64,000 bases of DNA from Octopus sinensis (GCF_006345805.1 NC_042997.1:204228001-204292000); one strand, 5' to 3'; positions 11,401-26,500 are shown, counted from the stretch's first letter. Notes: a model not told the origin generated them from the sequence alone. Translations and numbers: made by a program.

Positions 11401-14400
11401 GGAGAAAATTTAACCTAATTATCCAAAAGAAATTTAGAATCATTATGAAAAAACCCTTGGTTGCAGTCAGTTACCTCAAGTTCAAGTAACATTTTTTGAT
11501 AATGAATAATTAACAATTATAACTTGGGGTGAATAATAAACACACCAGCGTCAGTTGTCAAGCAATGTTGGGGGGGGACAAACACACACACACACATATA
11601 TATATACATATATACAACGGGCTTCTTTCAGTTTCCGTCTACCAAATCCACTCACAAGGCTTTGGTCAGCGCAAGGCTATAGTAGAAGACACTCGCCCTA
11701 GGTGCCATGCAGTGGACTGAACCCGGAACCATGTGGTTGGTAAGCAAGCTACTTACCACAAAGCTACTCCTACGCTTATGTTGGTGATATTAAAAAAATT
11801 TTTTGAGGAGTTTTCCCAGCTTTGCTTTTTTATAACTCTTTTTAAAATGCATTTTTGATTACTCATTTTGCTGAAATACATTTCTCAGAGTGTAGATTAT
11901 GCAATGTCTCCAGCTATCTATCTGCGGCTTTATATAGCTATGGTACGACCTCACCCGGAATTTGGATCACCGGTCTGGAACCCCTATCTTGCCCAGGATA
12001 TTAATCGTCTGGAAACTATTCAGCGACGTGCAACCAAGAGAATTCCCTCCATCAGGCATTTGCCATATTCTGAACGCCTCACTTCCCTGGGCATGGATAC
12101 ATTGAAACTCCGATGTCTGGCAGCTGACTTGGCAGACACCCATAAAATTATAAACCATCTTACAAACAATAACTCTGAGCACCTTTTCAAACTCCACCTG
12201 TCTAACACCCGTGGATATGTTTACAAAGTCAGAAAACAGCACAGCTCCCATGACTTCAGGAAACATTTTTTCACGCTAAGAGTTGCTGAAGCATGGAACA
12301 GACTGCCGGCATCAGTTGTTAGTTGTCGGAGCACTGCATCCTTCAAAACTTCCATGCTTCCTGAGATTCGTCAACACTACACCTGATTTTCTCCCCTCCA
12401 TACACACGCAAGCATGTATCTGACTCATACACTGTTCACTTCCCAGACTTTGTACATTACTGCATATTCTTTATACGCACTTTTGACAAGTTGTGTTGCA
12501 CCTGAGCACTGTATACAATTTTTGATTATATATATTATATATTATACTAGCAGAATTGCCCAGCCATGCTCGGAGCTGAATTGCTTGAAAGTACTGTTAA
12601 TGATTGCACTGAATTATGATGATTATTCAGGCAAATATTGATATAAGTTTACGGCGAATGAATGTATTTGTAAGTGTATCGAAAGCCGTGTAAAGGGGTT
12701 CCTACCCCCTCGTAGAATGGTGTAAGAATTGAATGTGAGGTTGCCTTGAAAAGAGCCATGTTATTGTTCTCATAATTGTAAGAATTTGATAGTCGTGGAA
12801 GGCGGTGTAAAACGTTCGCAGGTGAATAGGGTCTCTTCGTTTTCCACGAACGGCAGCGGATGTGCTGTTACAAAACTTCATGCTGTGTTAAAAGAGAATG
12901 GATGCCCTATGTAGGCAAGAGGGGAATGAAGCATGGGTAAGTAAATATGGGTAATTATAAAATATAGAACAATAGCATCTACTCACCATATGTCAGACCG
13001 GCAAGACTGTAGTGGTGCTGAATAGATGAATCACAACATAGTGGTGGAGATGTTTTCATTGATGGGGGCGTTTGATTAAATTTGGTTTGTATAAAATGAT
13101 CTGTTGCTTAGTTTCCAAGTAGTATGTTGCGATCATGTCGCTTTATGTAAACTTTAATAGTGAGAGGTGTAGATGTAGGGGGTAGATGTGTATGTTGGTT
13201 ACGATATAGAAGATGAGGCTGGTAGTTTGATGATGAATGGATAGAAAAAGAGGTGAGCAAAGGACAGGGTTGGTTAAGTGTGAATTAATGTCATGAAACG
13301 CCTAAAAATGTAAATGCCATCATAAAAGAGAGTCGTATGTAAGTGAAATACTAACGTGTTCGAAAATGATGAATGAAACGTGGTAATATATCCTATAAAC
13401 CTCCTTGTACACAATGTTTTTGTTTTTCGTTGTGAAGGAATGTGAAAGCATCACTGTTGCTGCGCCACGCGCAGAGCAGGCAACATAAGCTGAACCATGA
13501 GAGAAAACATGGCTCTCCAACCAATGTATTCCCCTCCCGCCACAATACAGTGTTTGACCCTGGCGCTTTGTTAATGGTCATAATGCGAAACATGGCCTTA
13601 CATGGACTGGGAACTAGGGCCCCCACGCTCCGAAATATGAAAGGTTATGTCTGATGCTCCGATGGGAAAAGATGCATCGAAGGTATGAGCACAACATTGC
13701 CTCAACCCACCCTGTGATAATGGTGGCTCAAATCGGAATTGGGAGATATTTGCACCTTGCTGACCAGTTTCTCGATGGCAAGCACCAACCTCTTGGCTAA
13801 CACTTGGCCAAAATTTTCAAATCTGCATTGAGCAGGGTGATAGGCCTCAAGTTATCTATTACGTCCTTCCTTGTTTGGTCTTTCTTCAGCAGTGTTTTGA
13901 CTCCTCTGCTCACAAAACCAGGGATGCTCCCTGTTTTGCTGCCAAGATGTCTCCAAACAAGTCTGGTATACAACTGTAAAGCTTCTAAGGCAGACCTCCA
14001 AACCTGGTGATTTGTCCCTTGAGCATTTTGCCATCGCGGTCCTGCATTTCCACTGCCGTGATGGGATCTTCACAGCACCTTGCCTCTCTTGTCGAGAGTT
14101 GTGGATGGCTGTGCAGGTAGGCACTGACGTCCACCCTGCTTTCTCGCTCACCACTTGTCCCGAACAGTTGGTCAAAATGCTGTTGAAAGGCTTCACGCAT
14201 TTTACTTGGCTTGAGTAATTCACACCCCTGTTCATCTACCAGAGACTGAATGGTGGCTTTGTTGCCCTATAACGTCTTAGTGGACAAGACTGTAGTGCCT
14301 ACTACATAGGTTGTGAGATATCTGAAGAAATTTGGGCTGATTGCAAAGCCACTGGAGCCAATGGCTGGAGGAGCTGCACTGAGGTATAAACTTCAGAGAG

Positions 14401-17400
14401 ACAGAACAGGCATTTTGGTGTTTCGTAGGGGGAATGAGATCCCGGAGAACAACTTCTCGATGTGTGGGGAATTAGTAGGTCACTACTCGATTGCAGGGTG
14501 GCTGCATACAGCATGCACTTACACATAGAGACGAGAAGAAGGGAAGAACTGGGGTGACAAGGTGGGAGAGGATATGGTGGGACAATGTGCGAAATCTTAG
14601 AAGGGACAAGAGTGGAAAACCCAGTCAGAGGGAACTGGCAAGTGCCCAAATTGGATAGTAGGTCTGAAGGGAGTGAGGGAGTGAATTTGACCTTGAAATG
14701 GGGGCTGTGCTCGATTGAAATCCAGATGGATTCGCCACCATACTTGGCTGGGTAGGATTGACAAGAAGAGGATGTGAACCAAAGAGGTTGCAGAAATGTT
14801 AGTGAAGTGTTCTAGGAGAGCTGATTGGTGAGTTCAGCCTGCTGAATGTGGTCTCTGTGCCTTCAGAGGGAAACCAGGCAGACGTTCTAACCAGGGTGAA
14901 AAAGGCCTGGTTAGGGTAGCTGGAGGAATTGAAGCAAGGGGTAGCTGCAGTGTGTCGGTTAAATGACTCCAAGCTAAGGAGACTGCATGCCATGCATCAT
15001 GGGCATGGATATGACCCTAGGATTGATGCTGACATTACCAGACGGAGCATCCAAAAGGTGTCAGGAACTGTGACAGGTGTCAATCCATTGACCCTGCTCC
15101 AGGTGTGCATGAGCAGCAAAACATTTTGGTAGGGGACAACTGGAGATGACTGGCAGGGGATGTATCTCTGGATGGTTGACTGTGTGGCTAGGTTGGATGG
15201 CCATTTGGAAGGAATTGAGGGATGGCACGTATTCTAAATGAGGTATTCTTTTAAGTGGGGCCCTGTGGATGAATTGCTGATGGCAACAGCACAGCATTTC
15301 CTTTGGAGATACTGAAGGAGATGCTTGGCAGGTGGAAAGGGCAGCATACAGGCCGAGTGGAAATGGGAGACATCGTCGAACGATGAAGGCCATGGCAGAA
15401 AGGGGACATGTCTCGCTGCTGGAAATAGTTTTCTGGTACATGTTGCCCTGGTCAGGACTGGCCACAGACAGCAATAGTGAAATATGAATGGTGGCATTCG
15501 AGTAAACCATCAAGATACCCTGTAGAAGAGAGAGGGCTTGTCTTTGTGGAGGTGGGAAATGAGGTGTGGGTCAAGCCACAAAAGGCATGCTGCACAACTG
15601 AGTGGAAGGAGTAGTGAGGGCTGTCAATTCCAAAAAGGAACATTGCTGTTGATCAAATGCTGCATCATATCTTAGAGGTTTGTAGGATTGCCGCTTCGTT
15701 GCATGATGATTGTGGAGAGGAGGAAGAGAACGAGGTTCCCAACTTAAGAAGATCACAACGAGTGGGTGGTAGATTTTGACATGGAGTGAAATGAGGGGGT
15801 GATCTTTGAGATCAGGGGGACGTGTGGCGATGAGCCAGAAGAAGAGGGTCAGGATATCAGTGGTCAAGGGACTGTCTGGAAAAGAAAGTGCAAGAGGGGA
15901 AGTGGGGGGGGGGATAGAGGCAAGGGTTGGCTTCTTTCTTGCCCGCCAGAGGAATTGTGAACGGGAATTTGCTCCCAGGTTGGTCCCAGCTGCTTACACT
16001 GGGTGACAAGGGTAGGGCAGGATCACCGGAGACATTACTACTAGACACGTGAAGATGAGAGCCTCTTTTCATTTCCTATGCTCAATAATTAGATATGTTT
16101 AATTCTGGGGAAAGAGTATGTCAATTCGAGTGTGTTTATATATATCATCATCATCATCATCGTTTAACGTTCGTTCTCCATGCTGGCATGGGTTGGACAG
16201 TTCGACCGGGGTCTGGGAAGCCAGGAGGCTGCACGAGGCTCCAGTCTGATCTGGTAGTGTTTCTACAGCTGGATGCCCTTCCTAGTGCCAACCACTCCAT
16301 GAGTGTAGTGGGTGCTTTTTACGTGCCACCGGCACAGGTGCCAGGGGTGGCGGGCAACAGCCATGATCGGTTGGTGGTTTTTATGTACCACCTACACAGA
16401 AGCCAGTCAATTTACGCTGCAATCGGCCACGTATTGATGGGCCTAGCACAAAAAAAAATTAGTCAATAGGCCAAATATTATTCACATAAAAATATTGTGT
16501 ACATTAAAACACATTAAGGAAAGCCTCTTAATAGGAAAGCTCTCTTTTTCATGTATATATATATATCCATATATATAAAACTCAACTTGTGTGTCTGTGT
16601 GTGTATCTGTGTGTGTGTCTGTGTGTTTAACTTCCCGGCACATCTCCTCCTAGCCAACAAATCGTAGAACCACCAAAAATGGGTCACTTAAAGTTTAGGC
16701 AAATGGAAATTGAACTGCGCTATTTCTGTTCCAAAATTCATCTCACAAGTGATAATGTGTTTGTTTAGGCCTTATCGCATGCATTGAATAGTGAACTTTA
16801 CTCAGTTAGCTGATTAACGTGAACTGTGTTCACCATGCATGCAAGAGTGCGTAAATTGCATGAAAAATAAAAAATCAAGATATAAAAATGAATCGCCGTA
16901 AACATTGTAGAAATTCAGCAAAGAAATGAATTTTCGGGATGTAACCTGGAGGGCATTCCCTATATTTAGTTAAGGAGAAAATTTAACCTAATTATCCAAA
17001 AGAAATTTAGAATCATTATGAAAAAACCCTTGGTTGCAGTCAGTTACCTCAAGTTCAAGTAACATTTTTTGATAATGAATAATTAACAATTATAACTTGG
17101 GGTGAATAATAAACACACCAGCGTCAGTTGTCAAGCAATGTTGGGGGGGGACAAACACACACACACACATATATATATACATATATACAACGGGCTTCTT
17201 TCAGTTTCCGTCTACCAAATCCACTCACAAGGCTTTGGTCAGCGCAAGGCTATAGTAGAAGACACTCGCCCTAGGTGCCATGCAGTGGACTGAACCCGGA
17301 ACCATGTGGTTGGTAAGCAAGCTACTTACCACAAAGCTACTCCTACGCTTATGTTGGTGATATTAAAAAAATTTTTTGAGGAGTTTTCCCAGCTTTGCTT

Positions 17401-20400
17401 TTTTATAACTCTTTTTAAAATGCATTTTTGATTACTCATTTTGCTGAAATACATTTCTCAGAGTGTAGATTATGCAATGTCTCCAGCTATCTATCTGCGG
17501 CTTTATATAGCTATGGTACGACCTCACCCGGAATTTGGATCACCGGTCTGGAACCCCTATCTTGCCCAGGATATTAATCGTCTGGAAACTATTCAGCGAC
17601 GTGCAACCAAGAGAATTCCCTCCATCAGGCATTTGCCATATTCTGAACGCCTCACTTCCCTGGGCATGGATACATTGAAACTCCGATGTCTGGCAGCTGA
17701 CTTGGCAGACACCCATAAAATTATAAACCATCTTACAAACAATAACTCTGAGCACCTTTTCAAACTCCACCTGTCTAACACCCGTGGATATGTTTACAAA
17801 GTCAGAAAACAGCACAGCTCCCATGACTTCAGGAAACATTTTTTCACGCTAAGAGTTGCTGAAGCATGGAACAGACTGCCGGCATCAGTTGTTAGTTGTC
17901 GGAGCACTGCATCCTTCAAAACTTCCATGCTTCCTGAGATTCGTCAACACTACACCTGATTTTCTCCCCTCCATACACACGCAAGCATGTATCTGACTCA
18001 TACACTGTTCACTTCCCAGACTTTGTACATTACTGCATATTCTTTATACGCACTTTTGACAAGTTGTGTTGCACCTGAGCACTGTATACAATTTTTTGAT
18101 TATATATATTATATATTATACTAGCAGAATTGCCCAGCCATGCTCGGAGCTGAATTGCTTGAAAGTACTGTTAATGATTGCACTGAATTATGATGATTAT
18201 TCAGGCAAATATTGATATAAGTTTACGGTGAATGAATGTATTTGTAAGTGTATCGAAAGCCGTGTAAAGGGGTTCCTACCCCCTCGTAGAATGGTGTAAG
18301 AATTGAATGTGAGGTTGCCTTGAAAAGAGCCATGTTATTGTTCTCATAATTGTAAGAATTTGATAGTCGTGGAAGGCGGTGTAAAACGTTCGCAGGTGAA
18401 TAGGGTCTCTTCGTTTTCCACGAACGGCAGCGGATGTGCTGTTACAAAACTTCATGCTGTGTTAAAAGAGAATGGATGCCCTATGTAGGCAAGAGGGGAA
18501 TGAAGCATGGGTAAGTAAATATGGGTAATTTATAAAATATAGAACAATAGCATCTACTCACCATATGTCAGACCGGCAAGACTGTAGTGGTGCTGAATAG
18601 ATGAATCACAACATAGTGGTGGAGATGTTTTCATTGATGGGCGTTATGATTAAATTTGTTGTTGTATAAAATGATCTGTTGCTTAGTTTCCAAAGTGTAT
18701 GTTGCGATCATGTCGCTTATGTAAACTTTAATAGTGAGAGTGTAGATGTAGGGGGTAGATGTGTTATGTATGTTCGATATAGAAGATGAGGCTGGTAGTT
18801 TGATGATGAATGGATAGAAAAAGAGGTGAGCAAAGGACAGGTGTTGGTTAAGTGTGAATTAATGTCATGAAACGCCTAAAAATGTAAATGCCATCATAAA
18901 AGAGAGTCGTATGTAAGTGAAATACTAACGTGTTCGAAAATGATGAAACGTGGTAATCCTATAAAACCTCCTTGTACACAATGTTTTTTGTTTTTCGTTG
19001 TGGAAGGAATGCGAAAGCATCACTGTTGCTGCCGACACGCGAGCAGGCAACATAAGGCTGACCATGAGAGAAACATGGCTCTCCCAAATGTATTCCCGCC
19101 ACAGACAGTGTTTGACCCTGCGCTTTGTTAATTGTCATTGCGAAACATGGCCTTACTGGGAACTGGGAACTGGGACCTCCGAAATATGAAAGGTAGGTCT
19201 GCTCCTGATGGGAAAAGATGCATCGAAGGTATGAGCACAACATTGCCTCAACCGCACCCTGTGATAATGGTGGCCTCAATCGGATTGGGAGATAAGGACT
19301 TAACGATCAAACGTGTGCCATTACATTGTTTTGGGGGAACCAAATTTCTAATGAGCATTATAGGGGCACCAACTTTAAGTTTGAGAATGTGTGGTGGTAG
19401 TCAGGGGCTCAAAGGAATTGAGTACCTCTATTGGATAGTTGATGACGTCCTCTGGGTCAGGAGTTGTATCGATAGACTTACATACATAGACATCCCCAGG
19501 AATGAGTTTTAGCATTTCATCATTAATATGGTGAACAGTTTTATTCTTCGGAGCCAGAATAGCCCTTTGGCCAATCCAATCCATATTCTGATAATTAGCT
19601 TGTAGATCTGGGAAACCTGCATCTCTGAGATCAGAAGGCGTTTTAATAATGGTACAAATGGAATCGATGGCAATATTACCATTTTCATCCCCTGGTATTT
19701 TGCCTTCGCCAAGTGCAAGGAGGGTGCGAGAAAATGCTGCTGATGTGATATCACATCGCATATGAGCACGCATATTGGCGTGAAGTTTGAGAGTCTTCAC
19801 CAGTGGCCACAATGTGGATGACTTAAGACACGCACTTACTGCATCAGCTCTAGTCCCTTTGGGAATAACGGGAAGTGTTTGTCGGAAGTCCCCTGAAAGA
19901 AGAAGTGTTAAGCCTCCCATGGGAGCTGAAGAGTGTTTGATGTCTCTGAGAGATCTATCTAGTACCTCAAGAGCACCTCTGTGGGCCATCGTGCATTCAT
20001 CCCAAACGATAAGTTTGCATCGTCTGAAGACTTCTGCCTGATCGGAGCTGTTACTGATGTTGCAAGTTGGTGTCTCAGTCTTCGCTAAGTCAAGCGGGAG
20101 CTTGAAAGTGGAGTGAGCTGTCCTGCCGCCTGGCAACAAAGTAGCCGCAATTCCAGATGATGCCACAGCTAGGGCAATGCCTTGTGTTCGCCTAATCTCA
20201 GCCAATATTAATTTGTTGACAAAAGTTTTCCCAGTGCCCCCAGGAGCGTCCAGGAGAAAAATCCCCCCAGCTTTGGCCCGGACTGAATTAACAACGGAGT
20301 TGTAAGCGAACTTCTGTTCTGGAATGAGCTTTGGCTCATTGTCGGCTATGTACTCGGCAAGCTCGTCAACATTAAAACATGTCTCATGCAGCAAATGTGA

Positions 20401-23400
20401 AGACAGAGTGTTTGTGCCTTCCCGGTTTGTTGAAGGTAGGCCATAGACCGGCAAGGCACTACCGCCCATATCAAGTACAGTATCTTCGAACGTAGTTTGT
20501 TACCACACAGCCACACCTGCCCCTATGTATGTGTGTGTGTGTGATTATGGGTAGATATATTATGCATGTATATATGTGTATATATATGTGTGTACATATT
20601 ACATGTACATCTATATATATACATCTACACATAAAATACAAAATAGAAAGTTATATCTTGATATCGCTAGTGATAACAATACTCAAAATATATAACAGAC
20701 TGGAATTGTAGGCCCGTCTCTTGCAATTTCGATCAATTGGATCTTGTCCTCCCTCTTGTATAGAAGTGTACGGCTGCAGCGAAATTCATTTTTGGACTTT
20801 CTTCTATCGAAGGCATTTTAACAAAAATGCTTCCGTAAGGACGGTGAAAATATTGTCAATTTCCCCAAACAGGGATACAATTCAATTTTTAAACAATAAG
20901 CAAAGCCCCTTCTCCGAAAGGGGGAGGGTTACAGTTTACAATTATTTAACAAATGCAACACAACAACGTTTCCCTGACGAGGAACCAACAAACGTGATTA
21001 CAAGAGTCAAACAGTAATAATAATAACACCAAACCTTTTTAATTTATCCCCATTTATGTGAAACCACTTATTCAAGTTGAAGTCATTGATGCAATTTTAT
21101 ATGAATTGCTAATACACACACACACACACACACACATAATAAGGGTGAAAAATTGAATATTAATTTGATTAATATGAATTGAAAACCAGTGGTGTAGCAT
21201 ATAAGACCATAGCGGATCTTCCTCTAGCAAAAAGGATGACCAGTATTAATGGCTCATCCCTGTTATATAAATACTTTCACTTTAATTGTTGCACACTTGC
21301 AAAGAGAAAGTGGGAGAAAGTGTGGTGGTAATGGAAGGAGTGAAGCACTTGAAATGAGAGAGGCAAATCGTAAAATATTGAGTTTTCTCGAATTTTTGCT
21401 TAATTGGGGGTCAAATTGAAAAAACTTTACATGCCATGACCCAATCGAATCCACTTGGAAAAATCATAGGTAAATTCCAGTTGAAGAAATTCTATATTGT
21501 AGAATTGTATTAAAAAGAAACATGGGAACAGGCAGAGAAAATCTGCCTTTTATCATAAAAGATTAATTGAGATGTGTCTGTTGAATCCAAAACCCTGTTA
21601 ATCTAAAATAATGTTTTTTAAATAATGCACCTAACTATTTATTAGAAATATTTTACATGGAATTTTTCTGTTTTAATGCTTATTTACAGAACACAGTGTT
21701 TGAAACGTTGGAACAAGATCCCCTGTTTGATCGATCACAGGAAGTTGATAAATCCCTTGAAGAGCTAAGGGAATTGTCATTTCTTCGAGTTCGGCGCCTT
21801 TTTGAATATAATTTTCTCTCTGATGAACTCCTCTTTAAAAATCCGCTCTTTGCCTGGATAATGATTGGGTGTATCCTGATGTATGACACTGCTCTCTCAC
21901 ACAAATACCAGCTCAACGTAAATGTAAGTAGAAATATAAATAAAAAACAAACAAACAAAAGAAAACCTTTCTCCATAAAAAACAAAAATCATTATTTTAT
22001 TCAAGATTTTTATGCTGTTAAACTTTGCATTGATTCTAATTCATAAAGTTACTATGTATAAAACATCATCATCATCATCATCATCATATGTCCATTTTTC
22101 ATACTGGCATGGAAAAGTTTTGGGAGCAGATTTGGTAGGTAGAAGCTGAAAGGAGCTTGTGTGTGTGTGTTTATCTGTGTGTGTGTGTGTGTGTGTGTGT
22201 TTGTGTGTGTGTATATATATATAACTAATGTAGGATAACATTTTTTTCGGGAAAAAAATTTCATCAATGGCCAGCATATCAAAAAATACCTTTGAAGGTT
22301 AAATTTATAAATAATTTACAATATAAAGGCAAAAGAAAAATTCTAATGCTAAATATGCCAAAAAAAAGACAAAAATTGTCAATTAAACATTATAATTTAT
22401 GCATCTCAAAACAAACCGATAGAAATTTCTAAAAAATTCGTTATTACCGAAATTGGTCCAATACGGTAATAACGAATTTTTTAGAAATTTGTATAGGTTT
22501 GTTTCGAGACGCATAAATTATAATGGTTAATTGACAATTTTTGTCTTTTTTTCGGTATATTTGGCATTAGAATTTTTCTTTTGCCCTTATATTGTACATT
22601 ATATATCATCATCATCGTTTAACGTCCATTCTCCATGCTAGCATGGGTTGGACGGTTCGACCGGGGATCTGGGAAGCCAGAAGGCTGCACCAGGCTCCAG
22701 TCTTATCTGGCAGTGTTTCTACAGCTGGATGCCCTTCCTAACGCCAACCACTCCGTGAGTGTAGTGGGTGTTTTTTACGTGCCACCTGCACAGGTGCCAG
22801 GCGAGGCTGGCAACGGCCACGGTTGGATTGGTGCATTTTACATGCCACCGGCACGGAAGCCAGTCGAGGTGGCGCTGGCATCGGCCACGATTTGGATAGT
22901 GCTTTTTACGTACCACCAGTCCAGGAGTCCTGGCATCTGCCGGGTGCCAGCCATAGGATTGGTTCAATTTCGATTTCACTTGCCCCAACAGGTCTTCGCA
23001 AGCAGAGAAGGGGGGTTGGCATGGGTGCCTGTCGTCGGATGATGTTCGATTTCGACTTCGCTTGCCTCAACAGGTCTTTGTGTGTCCAAGGGAGGAAAGG
23101 CATGCATAAGTGGGCTGGATGCCTTTCCTCCCTTGGACACACAAAGACCTGTTGTATATATATATATATATGTGGAGGTGCAATGGCCTAGTGGTTAGGG
23201 CAGCGGACTCGCAGTCAGAGGATCGCGGTTTTGATTCCCAGACTGAGCTTTGGGTGTGTTTATTGAGCGAAAACACCTAAAGCCCCACGAGGCTCTGGTA
23301 GGGGGTGATGGTGACCCCTGTTGTACTCTTTTGCTCTAACTTTCTCCCACTCTTTCTTCCTGTTTCTTGAGTAATGCTGCGATGGACTGATGTCCCGTCC

Positions 23401-23485
23401 AGCTGGGAGGGGGGGTAACACACCATAGAAACCAGGAATCCGGGCCCATGAGCCTGGTTAGGCTTGAAAAGGACGCATAAAAAAA

Positions 23486-23533
<48 letters not shown>

Positions 23534-26500
23534 ATCCAAACATGAAAACACAAAGAGAAAACACAACAATGCGAGAACGTGGAACAAGCATAGTATTATT
23601 GGACGCGAAGGAAAGAAGGAGGATTTATGTATGTATATATATGTATGTATATGTATATATATATGTATATATATATGCATATGTATATATATATGTATGT
23701 ATATATATATATGTATGTATATATATATATATATGTATGTGTATATGTATATATATGTATGTGTATATGTATATATATGTGTATATATATTTATTTTATA
23801 TCTATCTATATATATGTGTATATCATCATCATCATCGTTTAACATCCGTTTTCCGCGCTAGCACGGGTTGGACGGTTCGACCGGGGTCTGGGGAGCCAGG
23901 GGCTGCCCAGGCTCCAGTCTGATCTGGCAGTGTTTCTACAGCTGGATGCCCTTCCTAACGCCAACCACTCCGCGAGTGTAGTGGGTGCTTTTTACGTGCC
24001 ACCTGCACAGGTGCCAGAGGGGTCTGGCATCGACCACGATCGGTTGGTGCTTTTTTATGTGCCACCGGCACAGAAGCCAGTCAAGGCGGCACTGGCATCG
24101 GCCACGTTCGTATGGTGATTTTTATGTGCCACCGGCACAGAAGCCATTCGAGGCAGGGTTGGCATCGGTCACGTTCGGATGGTGCTTTTTATGTGCCACC
24201 AGCACAGAAGCCATTCGAGGCAGGGTTGGCATCGGTCATGTTCGGATGGTGCTTTTTATGTGCCACCGGCACAGAAGCCAGTGGAGGCTGCACTGGCAAC
24301 GGCACCGGCACAGGTATCACAACTACTGTTTCCATTGATATTTGGTTCGTATTTTATATCTATCTATATATATATATGTATTATACATAGGCGCAGGAGT
24401 GGCTGTGTGGTAAGTAGCTTGCTAACCAACCACATGGTTCCGGGTTCAGTCCCACTGCGTGGCATCTTGGGCAAGTGTCTTCTGCTATAGCACCGGGCCG
24501 ACCAATGCCTTGTGAGTGGATTTGGTAGACGGAAACTGAAAGAAGCCTGTCGTATATGTATATATATATATATGTGTTTGTGTGTCTGTGTTTGTCCCCC
24601 TAGCATTGCTTGACAACCGATGCTGGTGTGTTTACGTCCCTGTCACCTAGCGGTTCGGCAAAAGAGACCGAAGGAATAAGTCCTGGGGCCGATTTGCTCG
24701 ACTAAAGGCGGTGCTCCAGCATGGCCGCAGTCAAATGACTGAAACAAGTAAAAGAGTAAAAGAGTATATATATATATATATATATGTATATATGTGTATT
24801 GTATATGTATATATGTATATATGAAGGCGCATGGCTCAGTGGTTAGAGCGTCGAGCTTACGATCGTGAGGTTGTGAGCTCGAATCCCGGACCGGGCTGCG
24901 TGTTGTGTTCTCGAGCAAGGCACTTTATTTCACGTTGCTCCAGTTCACTCAGCTGTAGAAATGAGTTGCGACGTCACTGGTGCCAAGCTGTATCGACCTT
25001 TGTCTTTCCCTTGGATAACACTGGTGGCGTGGAGAGGGGAGGCTGGTATGCATGGGCGACTGCTGGCCTTCCATAAACAACCTTGCCCGGACTTGTATCT
25101 AGGAAGGTAACTTTCTAGGTGCAATCCCATGGTCATTCATGACCGAAGGGGGTCTTTACCCTTTATGTATATATGTGTATTGTATATGTATATATGTGTA
25201 TTGTATATGTATATATGTGTATTGTATATGTATCATCATCATCATCATCATCATTTAACGTCCGCTTTCCATGCTAGCATGGGTTGGACGGTTCAACTGG
25301 GGTCTGGGGAGCCCGAAAGCCACACCAGTCCAGTCAGATCTGGCAGTGTTTCTACAGCTGGATGCCCTTCCTAACGCCAACCACTCCGAGAGTGTAGTGG
25401 GTGATTTTATGTGCCACCGACACAGGTGCCAGACGAGGCTGGCAAACGGCCACGCTCGGATGGTGTTTTTTATGTGCCACCGACACAGGTGCCAGACGAG
25501 GCTGGCAGACGGCCACGCTCGGATGGTGTTTTTTATGTGCCACCGACACAGGTGCCAGACGAGGCTGGCAGACGGCCACGCTCGGATGGTGTTTTTATGT
25601 GCCACCACCGACACAGGTGCCAGACGAGGCTGGCAGACGGCCACGCTCGGATGGTGTTTTTATGTGCCACCGACACAGGTGCCAGATGAGGCTGGCAAAC
25701 GGCCACGATCGGATGGTGCTTGTTACGTGCCCACAGCACGGAGGCCAGTCGATGCGGTACTGGCTACGGCCACGTTCGGATGGTTTTGTTATGTGCCACG
25801 TGCCACCGGCACTGGTACCACAAAGATACAAATTCCATTGATGTTCATCTATTTTGATTTGTTTTGATTTTCACTTGCCTCAACAGGTCTTCACAAGTGT
25901 CACAAGAAGGAAGGTATGCACAGGTGGACTGACTACGTCCCAGGTAGGGGCCATGGGTTATGGCCTGACTAGTCTTGCCGGGTCTTCGGATGGTGTTTTT
26001 ATGTGCCACCGACACAGGTGCTAGATGAAGCTGGCGAACGGCCACGATCGGATGGTGTTTGTCATGTGCCCACCGCACTGACTACAGCACTGATGGATTT
26101 CTTGTGTGCCACAGGCACTGGTACCACAAGGTACAAATTCCATTGATGTTCATCTATTTTGTCTATTTTGATTTGATTTGATTTGATTTGATTTTCACTT
26201 GCCTCAACCGGTCTTCACAAGTGTCACAAGAAGGAAGGTATGCACAGGTGGACTGACTAGTCTTGCCGGGTCTTCGGAAGGTGTTTTTATGTGCCACCGA
26301 CACAGGTGCCAGATGAGGCTGGCGAACGGCCATGATCGGATGGTGTTTGTTATGTGCCCACAGCACGGAGGCCGGTCGATGCGGAACTGGCTACGGCCAC
26401 GTTCGGATGGTTCTCTTGTGTGCCACCGGCACTGGTACCACAAAGTGTGTGCCACCGGCACTGGTACCACAAAGATACAGATTCCATTGATGTTCATCTA

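Larger units (their letters stand above)
8169..19294. repeat. Tandem direct duplication: copy 1 8169-13748, copy 2 13749-19294
   Basis: ORF pairs offset by 5573 bp (10522/16095, 11529/17102, 11868/17441). Junction gggagata/tttgcacc fuses Helitron sequence to Tx1 sequence. Confidence 0.95.

Noticed and set aside
20700-21020. Short hairpins and a 98-aa ORF (20721-21017)
   Set aside because: No recognisable domain, splice context or termini; short stems are expected by chance.
23990-24310. CRISPR-like repeat-spacer appearance of the 63-bp RTE modules and of the MITE array at 43230-44178
   Set aside because: Eukaryotic intron, no cas genes; the variable parts are homologous to each other rather than unique spacers.
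24823-24895. tRNA-like sequences (also near 23174, 24390 and 61250)
   Set aside because: They are SINE heads: they continue into SINE bodies, lack a complete acceptor stem and occur in multiple diverged copies.
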